From an uncultured bacterium (GTDB taxonomy: Bacteria > Bdellovibrionota_B > Oligoflexia > CAYFLR01), in contig CAZJDM010000001.1 of assembly GCA_964544765.1 (NCBI GenBank), positions 1,851 to 65,850 on the forward strand: a stretch of DNA of 64,000 nt, read 5' to 3'. Below, one piece after another: positions 50,242-59,656 of the stretch. The translations under genes were made by a program, and so were the position numbers. Numbering within the stretch: the first letter of the stretch is position 1; each line of letters opens with the position of its first letter. Below the pieces are notes generated by a model. That model did no database searches and was not told where the DNA came from. It worked only from the letters and a program-made list of their open reading frames with translations.

Positions 50242-51149
50242 AAAAACGATCTGCCTTAGGAAATGGGGTTAATTCCCTTTTTTCTAGCGATGTTGATTTA
50301 GACAAAGGGCCCTCAGTGCAGGCTCCAGTTACCAAATCTACTAAAACCCCAGCTTCCGTGTTTCAAGCTCCAATTCATAAAATACAACCAAGTCTCTCTC
50401 AACCTAGAAAGCTTTTTCAAGATGAAGATTTAGAAGAGCTATCTAAATCCATTAAGGAGGTGGGAATTATCCAACCCCTTATAGTTAAAATGGATGAAAA
50501 AGACGATTCTTTTATGATTGTCGCTGGTGAACGTAGGTGGAGAGCTGCTCAGAAGGCCGGATTACACGAAGTACCAATAATTTTACGGGAATGCGACAAT
50601 AAAGACATGCTAGAGATAGCATTAATTGAAAACATTCAAAGGCAAGATCTCAACGTTATTGAAGAAGCTGAAGCTTATCAAATGCTACAAATAAAATATA
50701 ACCTCAATCAAGAAGATATCTCTAAAAAGGTTGGAAAAGACCGTACCACCATCACCAATACCTTGCGAATCCTAAAACTTCCTCCCGAAATTCAAAGAGA
50801 TATTATTGATGAAACCTTATCTATGGGTCATGCCCGAGCTCTTTTAGCTCTCGAAAATAAAGACCTACAACTTGAAGTCCGTAATTTAATTAAAATAAAG
50901 GACTTGAATGTAAGACAAACGGAACAAATAATCCGAAAATTAAAACAAAAAAAAGACCAAAAAAACACCCTAAGCAGGGTTTATCAGGAAAATCCCAACC
51001 TACTTTTTTTGTCTGAATCACTACAAAAATATTTTGGGACCAAAGTCACAATTAAAGGACGTGGAAAAAAGGGAAAAATTGAGATATCCTATCATTCTTT
51101 CGATGACCTCGAAAGAATTTTAGATTTAATGAAGAGCAAAAATGCTTAA
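50238..51149 (+). CDS. parB: chromosome partitioning protein ParB (Spo0J)
   Basis: GLGRG-like N-terminus (ALGNGVNSLF), the ParB box, and HTH (KKVGKDRTTITNTLRILKLPPEIQ). Confidence 0.85.
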   Translation: MKKRSALGNGVNSLFSSDVDLDKGPSVQAPVTKSTKTPASVFQAPIHKIQPSLSQPRKLFQDEDLEELSKSIKEVGIIQPLIVKMDEKDDSFMIVAGERRWRAAQKAGLHEVPIILRECDNKDMLEIALIENIQRQDLNVIEEAEAYQMLQIKYNLNQEDISKKVGKDRTTITNTLRILKLPPEIQRDIIDETLSMGHARALLALENKDLQLEVRNLIKIKDLNVRQTEQIIRKLKQKKDQKNTLSRVYQENPNLLFLSESLQKYFGTKVTIKGRGKKGKIEISYHSFDDLERILDLMKSKNA

Positions 51150-51173
51150 TAATCAATTATTAGGAGTTTTTTA

Positions 51174-51578
51174 ATGAAAAATAAATCAAATCAAATGCCC
51201 ACTTATAAGGAACAATCCGCTAATCAGGGTAAACGTGAACTAAAAGCTTTTTTGGAAAAAGGGAGTGAATTTGAAGGTAAATTGATTTTTGAAGGAACAG
51301 TTCGTTTAAATGGCAAATTTACCGGTGAAATAGTCACGAATGATGTTTTAATTATAGGTGAAGATGCTGAGATTAACGCCAATATTGATGCTGGCAATAT
51401 TATTTCAAGTGGAAAAGTAAATGGGAACATTATTACCCGAGAAAAGTTAGAATTATTAAGTCCCGGTGTATTAGTAGGCAATGTTGAGACACCATGTCTA
51501 AATATCCAAGAAGGGGTAATTTTTGATGGTAATTGTAAAATGACTCCTCCCAAAAATTCCTCTCCTACCAAGATATAA
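51174..51578 (+). CDS. bactofilin (DUF583 polymer-forming cytoskeletal protein)
   Basis: Repeated beta-helical G-x-V/I-x-G-N/D hexad pattern throughout the 134 aa. Confidence 0.7.
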   Translation: MKNKSNQMPTYKEQSANQGKRELKAFLEKGSEFEGKLIFEGTVRLNGKFTGEIVTNDVLIIGEDAEINANIDAGNIISSGKVNGNIITREKLELLSPGVLVGNVETPCLNIQEGVIFDGNCKMTPPKNSSPTKI

Positions 51579-51596
51579 ATTAGGGAGATTCTTATT

Positions 51597-52211
51597 ATGA
51601 CGTTGGATATACTAAGATGGCCACACCCTATTTTATCTAAGGTGGCTGAACCCGTGACCGATTTTTCTAAAGACCTCTCTGACTTAGCTGAAGAAATGTT
51701 TGTAACCATGAATGAGGCAAATGGAATTGGATTAGCTGCTCCACAAATTGGAAAATCTATTCGTATGTTTGTAATTCATATACCTTTTACTGAAGAAGAC
51801 ACTGATGAAACAAACCACGTTGACACAGAGGTCACTTCCTCTCAAGAGGAAGATAAGAAAGATATTACCTTAGTTGAAGAATGGTGGCATAATCAGGACT
51901 TTGTATTTGTAAATCCTCAAATTATTTCTTCATCAGGTAAGGTAGTTTACAATGAAGGTTGTTTAAGTTTACCAGAAATCAATGAAGACATAACCCGGTA
52001 TCAAAAGATTAAGGTCAAATATTTTTCTTTAGATGGAGTAGAACATACTATTGAAGCCAATGATCTTTTTAGTGTATGTATTCAACATGAACTTGACCAC
52101 TTAGATGGAAAGGTTTTTATTCAACGTCTTTCAAGATTAAAATTTAGCTTGCTTAAAAAAAGAATTTTAAAAGAAATAAAAGAAGCAGAAAAAAAGGATA
52201 ATTTGTTATAA
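51597..52211 (+). CDS. def: peptide deformylase with an acidic insertion
   Basis: GIGLAAPQIG, EGCLS and HELDHL metal-binding motifs. An inserted ~30-aa D/E-rich segment. Confidence 0.85.
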   Translation: MTLDILRWPHPILSKVAEPVTDFSKDLSDLAEEMFVTMNEANGIGLAAPQIGKSIRMFVIHIPFTEEDTDETNHVDTEVTSSQEEDKKDITLVEEWWHNQDFVFVNPQIISSSGKVVYNEGCLSLPEINEDITRYQKIKVKYFSLDGVEHTIEANDLFSVCIQHELDHLDGKVFIQRLSRLKFSLLKKRILKEIKEAEKKDNLL

Positions 52212-53170
52212 TGGCAGCTCCTTATCGCATAATTTTCATGGGAACACCTGATTTTGCTCTTCCTAGCTTACGTTTATTGGCAGAAAATCCTTTATTAGAC
52301 GTTGTTGCTATTTTTTCTCAACCAGATCGCCAAGCTGGTAGGGGAAAAAAAGTTTCCGCTCCACCTGTCAAAATATTGGCATCTAAATTGGAAATTCCTC
52401 TCTATCAACTTGAATCTCTAAAATCCAAAGAAGAAACCAAATCCCTTTTTCACCAATTAAAACCGGATTGCATAATAGTAGTGGCTTATGGATTATTTTT
52501 ACCACGATGGCTTCTTAGCTTACCTCGCTGTGGTTGCCTTAATCTCCACCCTTCCTTACTACCCAAGTACCGTGGTCCTAGTCCAATCAATTTTACTCTT
52601 ATAAACGGAGATACTCAAACAGGTATTACTGTAATAGCTATTAATGACCAAATGGATGCCGGTGATATCGTACATCAAAACACCTTCACAGTCTCTGTAG
52701 ATGATACTTATCAGTCATTACACGATAAGTTATCACTTTTTGGAGCTCGAGAACTAAACCAAATAACACCTAAATGGATCAGCGGGGAAATCGAAGCATC
52801 TGCTCAAAATCATGAAACAGCTACCTTTACACAACTAATAAATAAAAGCGACGGTTTGATTGATTGGTCAAAAAGCTCTAAAACAATTGCAAATCAAGTA
52901 CGGGCATTTGATCCGTGGCCCTCATCTTTTACTTTTTTAAATAATAAACGGATTCGTTTATTCAACTATACATTTGAATTTCCATCTTTTGATAAAAATG
53001 AATATCAAACTGGACAGATAATTATTGCCAAAGAAATTATTGTGGTTCGAACCGGCGATGGATTTGTAGGTTTTAAAGAAATTCAAATGGAAGGAAAAAA
53101 ACGTTTAAAAGTAAAAGAGTTCTTAATAGGAAATACCTTGAGTCAAGACGCTCAATTTAAAAACCAATAA
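52211..53170 (+). CDS. fmt: methionyl-tRNA formyltransferase
   Basis: N-terminal formyltransferase domain (MGTPDFALPSL, HPSLLP) plus the C-terminal domain. Confidence 0.85.
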   Translation: MAAPYRIIFMGTPDFALPSLRLLAENPLLDVVAIFSQPDRQAGRGKKVSAPPVKILASKLEIPLYQLESLKSKEETKSLFHQLKPDCIIVVAYGLFLPRWLLSLPRCGCLNLHPSLLPKYRGPSPINFTLINGDTQTGITVIAINDQMDAGDIVHQNTFTVSVDDTYQSLHDKLSLFGARELNQITPKWISGEIEASAQNHETATFTQLINKSDGLIDWSKSSKTIANQVRAFDPWPSSFTFLNNKRIRLFNYTFEFPSFDKNEYQTGQIIIAKEIIVVRTGDGFVGFKEIQMEGKKRLKVKEFLIGNTLSQDAQFKNQ

Positions 53171-53192
53171 ATTAACAGATTGAGGAATTCAT

Positions 53193-53843
53193 ATGACAAT
53201 CATATCTCCTTCTATACTAGCAGCAGACTTACTAACCCTTGATAAAGAGATTGAACAACTATCTAAAGCAGGTGCAGACATGTTGCATCTGGACATTATG
53301 GATGGACATTTTGTTCCAAACCTGACTTTTGGGCCACCTCTCATCAAGCAAATCAAGAAAAAATTTCCTAATTTACCCTTAGATGTCCATTTAATGATAA
53401 CTAATGCCGAAACGGTAATAGATGATTATATTAATGCCGGAAGTGATTATATTTCAGTTCATCTGGAAGCAAATACTCATATACATCGAACTATTTCCAA
53501 AATTCAGGATAATGGACTTAAAGCTGGTGTGGCTATTAATCCATCGACCCCTATATCTCTTTTAGATAATATTCTATATTTAACCGATTTTATTTTAATA
53601 ATGTCGGTAAATCCTGGCTTTTCCTTTCAAAAATTTATTGAGCCAACTTTTAACAAAATATCTTCATTGAAAAGAAAAATAGATGAGAATGGATTTAAAG
53701 CTCAGATTGCAGTTGATGGCGGGGTTACTACAGAAAATTCTTCGACTCTTATTTCTAATGGAGCCGAAATATTGGTTTCAGGAAAAACTATCTTTGCCAG
53801 TAATGATTATGCTGAAGTTATTAAATCTCTCAAATCACCTTAG
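53193..53843 (+). CDS. rpe: ribulose-phosphate 3-epimerase
   Basis: SILAADL, HLDIMDGHFVPN and VDGG motifs. Confidence 0.85.
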   Translation: MTIISPSILAADLLTLDKEIEQLSKAGADMLHLDIMDGHFVPNLTFGPPLIKQIKKKFPNLPLDVHLMITNAETVIDDYINAGSDYISVHLEANTHIHRTISKIQDNGLKAGVAINPSTPISLLDNILYLTDFILIMSVNPGFSFQKFIEPTFNKISSLKRKIDENGFKAQIAVDGGVTTENSSTLISNGAEILVSGKTIFASNDYAEVIKSLKSP

Positions 53844-53878
53844 GTTTTTAAATTAATTTATTTTCAGCAGGAGGAACA

Positions 53879-55387
53879 TTGAAAACTCTTCTTTTGAATG
53901 GGAATCAACTATCAATTAATCAGGCAATAGAAGCAGTTACTCAAACTGTTAAATTAAAAATAGATACCAAATGTCTTCCTTATATTAATAAATCACGAAA
54001 GTTTATTGAAAATATAATCAACAAAGCGGAACCTGTTTATGGAGTAAACACTGGTTTTGGATTATTAAGCAATGAAAAAATTAAACAAAAAGATCTAAAT
54101 GCTCTTCAAGAAAACTTAATCCGCAGTCATGCTGCTGGTGTTGGAAAACCACTGGATCCTCTAATCGTCAAACTAATCATACTTTTTAAAGCTAATAGCT
54201 TGATTATAGGTCATTCAGCTGTACGACCTATAATTATAGAACAGTTACTCAATTTATTTAATCAGGAAATTATACCAGTTGTTCCTCAAAAAGGTTCGGT
54301 AGGCGCAAGTGGTGATTTAGCTCCTTTAGCTCATTTATCTTTGGTATTAATGGGAGAGGGAGAAGCTTTTTATCGAGGTAAACGCATATCAGGATCGAAG
54401 GCTTTGAAAATTGCTGGTTTAGATCCTATTAAACTATCTGCTAAAGAAGGATTATCATTAATCAACGGGACTCAAGTTATGACAGCCATTGGTTGTTGGG
54501 CTTATTATCTGGCGAATATTCTAGCTGATACTGCTGATGTGGTTGGCGCTACCACCTTAGATGCGCTTCAAGGCACTTTAGCCCCTTTTGATCCTGATAT
54601 TCAAAGAGTTAGACCCCATCAAGGACAAGAAATAGTCGCCAATAATTTTTTAAAACTGTTAGAGGAGGATGAAATTCGTGAAAATCACAAAAATGATGAC
54701 GATCGAGTTCAGGATCCTTATTCACTACGTTGTATCCCTCAAGTTCATGGAGCAGCTAGAGATATCATAGATCATGTAAAAACGGTTCTATCTAAAGAAA
54801 TAAATTCAGTTACAGATAATCCTTTAGTCTTTCCTGAAAAAGACAAAATTCTTTCTGGTGGCAATTTTCACGGCCAGCCAGTGGCATTTGCCATGGATTA
54901 CCTTGCTTTAGGCTGTGCCGAATTGGGAAGTATAGCCGAAAGGCGGATTGATAAGCTGGTCAATCCTATTTTTAATTTATTGCCGGCCTTTTTGGTAAAA
55001 AACAGCGGCTTAAATTCCGGTTTTATGATTCCCCACGTAGTTGCCGCCTCTTTAGTATCAGAAAACAAGATTTTATGTCACCCGGCTAGTATCGATTCAA
55101 TTCCTACCTCGGCTGATAAAGAAGATCATGTCAGCATGGGAACCATTGCTGCTCGTAAATGTATAGATGTAATTTATAATGTTATGCATGTTCTGGCCAT
55201 TGAAGTTATAGCCGCCTGTCAAGGACTTGATTTTCATAAGCCACTTAAACCTGGCATTGGACCGCAAAAGGTTTACCAACATGTTCGTAAGAAAGTTCCT
55301 TTCTTTAAGAAAGACATTTTCTTTGGTCCTTATATCGAAGATATTAAGAAAGATATTGAAAAAGGGATGTTTGCGTCTATATTGTAA
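53879..55387 (+). CDS. hutH: histidine ammonia-lyase family (HAL/PAL aromatic amino acid lyase)
   Basis: GSVGASGDLAPLAH contains the ASG triad that forms the MIO cofactor. 502 aa. No hutU or hutI nearby. Confidence 0.75.
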   Translation: MKTLLLNGNQLSINQAIEAVTQTVKLKIDTKCLPYINKSRKFIENIINKAEPVYGVNTGFGLLSNEKIKQKDLNALQENLIRSHAAGVGKPLDPLIVKLIILFKANSLIIGHSAVRPIIIEQLLNLFNQEIIPVVPQKGSVGASGDLAPLAHLSLVLMGEGEAFYRGKRISGSKALKIAGLDPIKLSAKEGLSLINGTQVMTAIGCWAYYLANILADTADVVGATTLDALQGTLAPFDPDIQRVRPHQGQEIVANNFLKLLEEDEIRENHKNDDDRVQDPYSLRCIPQVHGAARDIIDHVKTVLSKEINSVTDNPLVFPEKDKILSGGNFHGQPVAFAMDYLALGCAELGSIAERRIDKLVNPIFNLLPAFLVKNSGLNSGFMIPHVVAASLVSENKILCHPASIDSIPTSADKEDHVSMGTIAARKCIDVIYNVMHVLAIEVIAACQGLDFHKPLKPGIGPQKVYQHVRKKVPFFKKDIFFGPYIEDIKKDIEKGMFASIL

Positions 55388-55502
55388 CAAGTCTTCTAAA
55401 TACCAGCTTGAAATAGTCGATATTTTTAAGTATACCCAAATAGCTCACCTTTGAGGTTGATTTATCGCCTTTACGATTGAGCTATTTGAGAGATACCTAT
55501 AC

Positions 55503-56657
55503 ATGAGTTTATTCTATTTCGATCACGCAGCTTCAACGCCCATGATGCCCGAAGCTATCCAGACACTTACCAGGAGTTCAAGCTCAGATTTTATGAACTC
55601 TGCTTCTAATCATAAACTGGGAAAAGAATTGAATAAACGACTAGAAATTGCTCGTAGCAAGTTTTTAGATTTCTTAAAGGCTCACGACCACTACCAGTTT
55701 ATTTTTACTAGCTCAGCAACTGAATCAAATAATATGGTAGCCAAAGGTTTAGCTCTTAATCCGCAGGACCAGATCTTTATCTGTTTAGCAGATCATCCCA
55801 GCCTAATAAAACCATGGGACAGTAAATTATTACACCAAGTAGAGGTCCAAGAGATTCCCTGGAAAAAAAATGGACAAATTGATATAACTACACTAATAAA
55901 AACCCTAACAATAAATACTCGCTTAATCAGTCTTGCCCAGGTCAACAACCATTGTGGTAGTCTACATGATGTTATCTCAATTGCCAAACAAGTAAAAAAG
56001 ATCCATCCCCACATCCATTTCCATGTTGATGCCGCCCAATCTTTTGCTAAAATTCCTTTTCAATTGCACCCTTCAATAGATACACTATCTATATCTGCTC
56101 ACAAAATGGGTGGTCCTAAAGGAATTGCGGGTTTGTACATCAAAAAAGGAATAAAATTGGATCCTTTGATGGAAGGGGGGGGACATGAACTGGCTTTGAG
56201 ACCCTCTACCATAGCATGCCCTTTAGCTTTTTCTTTTTTAAAAGCCGCTGAGTTAAGATTTGCGAAATTAACTGAAACATATACACGATTGCTAGAATTA
56301 CACAATTATTTAATAAGAAGTCTTAAAGAACAAATCCCCGTAGTTAAAGTTCATTTCATTGATGAAGAAGACTCTGTTGTATCACCTTATATCACACTAA
56401 TTATTTTACCTGATGTATCCGCGGATATTGTAATTAGAAATTTACAAGATAAAAATATCTTTGTATCAACCAACGCCGCTTGTTCTTCCCGCATTAAAGA
56501 CGATAATCCCGCCTACCGGGTTTTGCATATTCCAAATAAATATAGAAAAAACCTAATTCGCATTTCTATAGCACCAGAAACCACTAGCGATCAAATTGAT
56601 TACCTGGTTTCTAATCTAAAGGAAGTATACTCCGACCTACATAGCATTTTAGAATAA
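55503..56657 (+). CDS. class V aminotransferase / cysteine desulfurase (NifS/IscS/NifZ-like)
   Basis: PLP-lysine context SAHKMGGPKG and the fold-type I pattern. 384 aa. Confidence 0.7.
   Translation: MSLFYFDHAASTPMMPEAIQTLTRSSSSDFMNSASNHKLGKELNKRLEIARSKFLDFLKAHDHYQFIFTSSATESNNMVAKGLALNPQDQIFICLADHPSLIKPWDSKLLHQVEVQEIPWKKNGQIDITTLIKTLTINTRLISLAQVNNHCGSLHDVISIAKQVKKIHPHIHFHVDAAQSFAKIPFQLHPSIDTLSISAHKMGGPKGIAGLYIKKGIKLDPLMEGGGHELALRPSTIACPLAFSFLKAAELRFAKLTETYTRLLELHNYLIRSLKEQIPVVKVHFIDEEDSVVSPYITLIILPDVSADIVIRNLQDKNIFVSTNAACSSRIKDDNPAYRVLHIPNKYRKNLIRISIAPETTSDQIDYLVSNLKEVYSDLHSILE
56175..56182. repeat. homopolymeric G8 inside the cysteine desulfurase coding sequence
   Basis: ggaa gggggggg acat read directly. 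Encodes MEGGGHE. Confidence 0.9.
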
Positions 56658-56717
56658 CTAGATGGTACTAATAATAGCTAAGACTACGACGTTGGAACGA
56701 ATAGGTCCATGTCCAAA

Positions 56718-57719
56718 TCAAAAATTCGATTTAATGTGATACACTCCTAAGATTACCTTTAAGAATTGCTCCTGCCACTTTTTCAAATCATCAAGCACCG
56801 AGCTTACTGTATATTGATCAGTTACGTGCCGTTTTTGCTGCCTAGCCTCTTCTAGCAACTTTTCAGCGAAGCAAACAAAATCACCATGGTATGGGAAATC
56901 AACTGATGCGATTTTATATTTAAGAGAGTTGTAGCTATATCTAAATGTAAAAGTAATATTATCTGTTTTTAGGTCATAAAAAAGACACCGATTGTGGAAG
57001 CAATTTCTTTTATCACGAGGAGTGTAATATTTCATTGGCAGGGTATCCACAATCATTCTTGCTTGCTCTGCATTAATACTTGTTCTAAATGGAAAAATTC
57101 TTACAATCTCTTCCTGAGTGATTTTATTGGGGTCTGGCGGTAATGGCACTTGATGATATATCACCTTTAAAAACCTAGTATCAGACGTTATTCTTATTTT
57201 AAGCATATCTTCTAAGAGATAATCTTCTTTTAATTCTTGCATGTACTGTGGGTTTTCTCTTAAAAAATGAAGTAATAAGTTAAGTTGTAACAATGTAAAA
57301 GAAAAGCTAATACCTAAAGTGTCTCTATCAAAACCCATCTCTACAATGATTCCTTGAGTATTTAACTCACTAATTACTTTATCAGTATCTAACAGGTGTT
57401 CTAAATATTTAGCTTTATCGGTAAGAGTACCATATTCAAGGTCCAATCCTATGCTATTGGCGACAGAGAAAATATCTTCTCTAGACTCACCACTCGACAT
57501 AAACTCTTTATGTTTGACATCCTTTGGTTTACAAATCTGATTCACTCTGCACTTATAAGCTTTAAAAAACCCAAAAGAAATCCCTGTGACATTTCCATAA
57601 AGATCTAAAACGAAAGAGCCACTATCACCATGTTGTTGACTAAAACCATATTGAGAATGGTCATGCTTGGGTACAAATAAGTCAAATTGTTGAATATCTT
57701 TATCAGGAGATTTAAACAT
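56718..57719 (-). CDS. orphan protein beginning with a trypsin-like serine-protease C-terminal remnant (GDSGS...GISFG) followed by ~270 aa of unknown function
   Basis: HGDSGSFVLDLYGNVTGISFG parallels the chymotrypsin/HtrA Ser195 region (GDSGGP...G.V.GI.S.G). There is no upstream His/Asp region. The reading frame continues open upstream into the IS200-like remnant. Confidence 0.4.
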   Translation of the reverse strand: MFKSPDKDIQQFDLFVPKHDHSQYGFSQQHGDSGSFVLDLYGNVTGISFGFFKAYKCRVNQICKPKDVKHKEFMSSGESREDIFSVANSIGLDLEYGTLTDKAKYLEHLLDTDKVISELNTQGIIVEMGFDRDTLGISFSFTLLQLNLLLHFLRENPQYMQELKEDYLLEDMLKIRITSDTRFLKVIYHQVPLPPDPNKITQEEIVRIFPFRTSINAEQARMIVDTLPMKYYTPRDKRNCFHNRCLFYDLKTDNITFTFRYSYNSLKYKIASVDFPYHGDFVCFAEKLLEEARQQKRHVTDQYTVSSVLDDLKKWQEQFLKVILGVYHIKSNF

Positions 57720-57769
57720 AAAAGGACCAACTTTTGATATAGATAAGCAGACATCACATTTGGCTAAAT

Positions 57770-58126
57770 ATGATAAAACAACTTCTCGTTTATACAGGAG
57801 AACATGTGAAAAAGATGATTAATCAATTGACAAAAAGAAATGACGCAAAATTTACTATAGAAAAGATGGAAGTCGACAAGGATCATATCCATCTTATGGT
57901 AAATGCGAATCCTAACGTATCCGCAACTCAAATTATTAGAAGAATTAAACAAAACACTACTTTTTTAATTTGGAATGAGTTTAATGATTATTTGAAAAAA
58001 CACTATTGGAAAGAGAAGACTTTTTGGTCAGATGGTTACTTTGTTTCATCTATAGGAAATGCTTCAGAAGACACTATTCGGAGGTATATTGATAACCAAG
58101 GATATAAAACACCAAGACTAAGCTGA
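57770..58126 (+). mobile_element. tnpA: IS200/IS605-family (HUH, Y1) transposase TnpA-like ORF, apparently N-terminally truncated or degenerate
   Basis: HUH motif HIHLMV and catalytic-Tyr region FWSDGYFVSSIG align with IS200 TnpA. The N-terminal beta-strand (YHxVFxxKYRR) is missing. Confidence 0.5.
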
Positions 58127-58202
58127 CATTATACTAAATATAGCAATCAAAATCAATGTATTCATCACTTAAACATCAACACCAGTTTAATCATAAGGAA
58201 AA

Positions 58203-59402
58203 CTAAAAAGAAATAATTTCCATCTGAGAAATCGTATCAACAATTCTATCCTCTAACTGAAGATTGCCAATCACCTGCTGCCAATAGGATTGATAAGGCT
58301 TGGTAATAGGGTGTTTAGCGGCAAATAAACTACAGGCGTCATCATGAGGTCTTACAGAAATGGGGTGAGTACCAATTTTCTCGGATAGATTAATAATCTC
58401 CTGTTTATTAAATCCAGATAACGGTCTAAATATTGGCAACGCAGTTGCCTGATTAACTAATGATATATTATCAAGGGTTTGACTAGATACCTGCCCTAGA
58501 GAATCACCGGTTACTATGCCTCCAGCGCCAACTTTTTGGGCAATTCTGGTGGCAATTTTAATCATGAACCAACGAAATAAGATTGTACGATAGGAGGTTT
58601 TACATTGTTTGGTAATGTCTTTTTGCACCGTTCCAAAAGGAATTATATAAAGATTACATCCATTTTGATAACGCCCTAACACTTTCATTAAATCGATAAT
58701 TTTATCTTTAACTTCTTCCCCAACATAAGGATAAGCATAGAAAAATAGAAAAGTTTGTTTACAACCCCTTTTGGACATTAAATAACTTGCCACTGGAGAA
58801 TCAAAGCCACCAGACAACAAGCACACTAGATGACCACTAGTTCCAACCGGTAATCCACCGACACCTTCGTAGCTGCGAGTATATAAATAGGATCCATCTT
58901 GTAGGATTCTTATATATAAAACTATGTCAGGATTCCTTAAATTCACTTTTAAACCATCTACGTTCTTTAAAATATGATGACCAACCTGAGCAGCCAAATC
59001 TGTGCTGGTTAAAGGAAAGGTCTTTTTAGCTCTTTTGACCCTGACCGCAAAAGTAATTAAGGACAGATCTTTCTTTGCATTCTTTTTATCCTTTATATTA
59101 TTAACTTCCGGCCTTAAGATATCTAGTGAGGAAGAAAAAATCTGTTCCATTTGCCAATCAATCTTTAAAGCGGATTGAATAGAGTGAATACCCGGAATAC
59201 ACAGCAAATTGTCTATAGTGCTCTTATCAAAATCTTTTTTTGATTCTAAAATATGACGATGATCTATTAATTGATAATGAACTTTTTCATTATGAGTCTT
59301 TTCCATTGTTTGTAATATATGTTCTTTTAAGGTTTTACGATAAAAAGATTGATTATCTCCTTTTAGCCAAAGCTCGTGAACACTAATCATTAAAATTTTC
59401 AC
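58203..59402 (-). CDS. thiI: tRNA 4-thiouridine synthase ThiI
   Basis: PP-loop SGGFDSPVA and N-terminal THUMP-like region. 399 aa. Confidence 0.8.
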   Translation of the reverse strand: MKILMISVHELWLKGDNQSFYRKTLKEHILQTMEKTHNEKVHYQLIDHRHILESKKDFDKSTIDNLLCIPGIHSIQSALKIDWQMEQIFSSSLDILRPEVNNIKDKKNAKKDLSLITFAVRVKRAKKTFPLTSTDLAAQVGHHILKNVDGLKVNLRNPDIVLYIRILQDGSYLYTRSYEGVGGLPVGTSGHLVCLLSGGFDSPVASYLMSKRGCKQTFLFFYAYPYVGEEVKDKIIDLMKVLGRYQNGCNLYIIPFGTVQKDITKQCKTSYRTILFRWFMIKIATRIAQKVGAGGIVTGDSLGQVSSQTLDNISLVNQATALPIFRPLSGFNKQEIINLSEKIGTHPISVRPHDDACSLFAAKHPITKPYQSYWQQVIGNLQLEDRIVDTISQMEIISF

Positions 59403-59656
59403 TCTTAAATCCTATGTCTGGTTTAGTGGGTATAGGGGTAATTGTCCTAAACATATACCTAATAAATATTGTCAGGCCAATCACTGATTTGCTCTAAATA
59501 ACAAACATAGATTAAATTGTACAAGCATTTATTTAAACCACTAATTGTCTACGATACGTAGGTTTTTCAACAACTTATATTAAAAATATTTTTAAGTTTT
59601 GATTTTCTCGTCCGATCCTAACTCATATAGATAAAGATATAAAAAGGAGCGACATA

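Noticed and set aside
56718-57719. Possibility that the 333-aa ORF is an IS605-type TnpB accessory to the tnpA remnant
   Set aside because: It is on the opposite strand. It lacks RuvC-like D/E/D motifs and the C-terminal zinc finger expected of TnpB.
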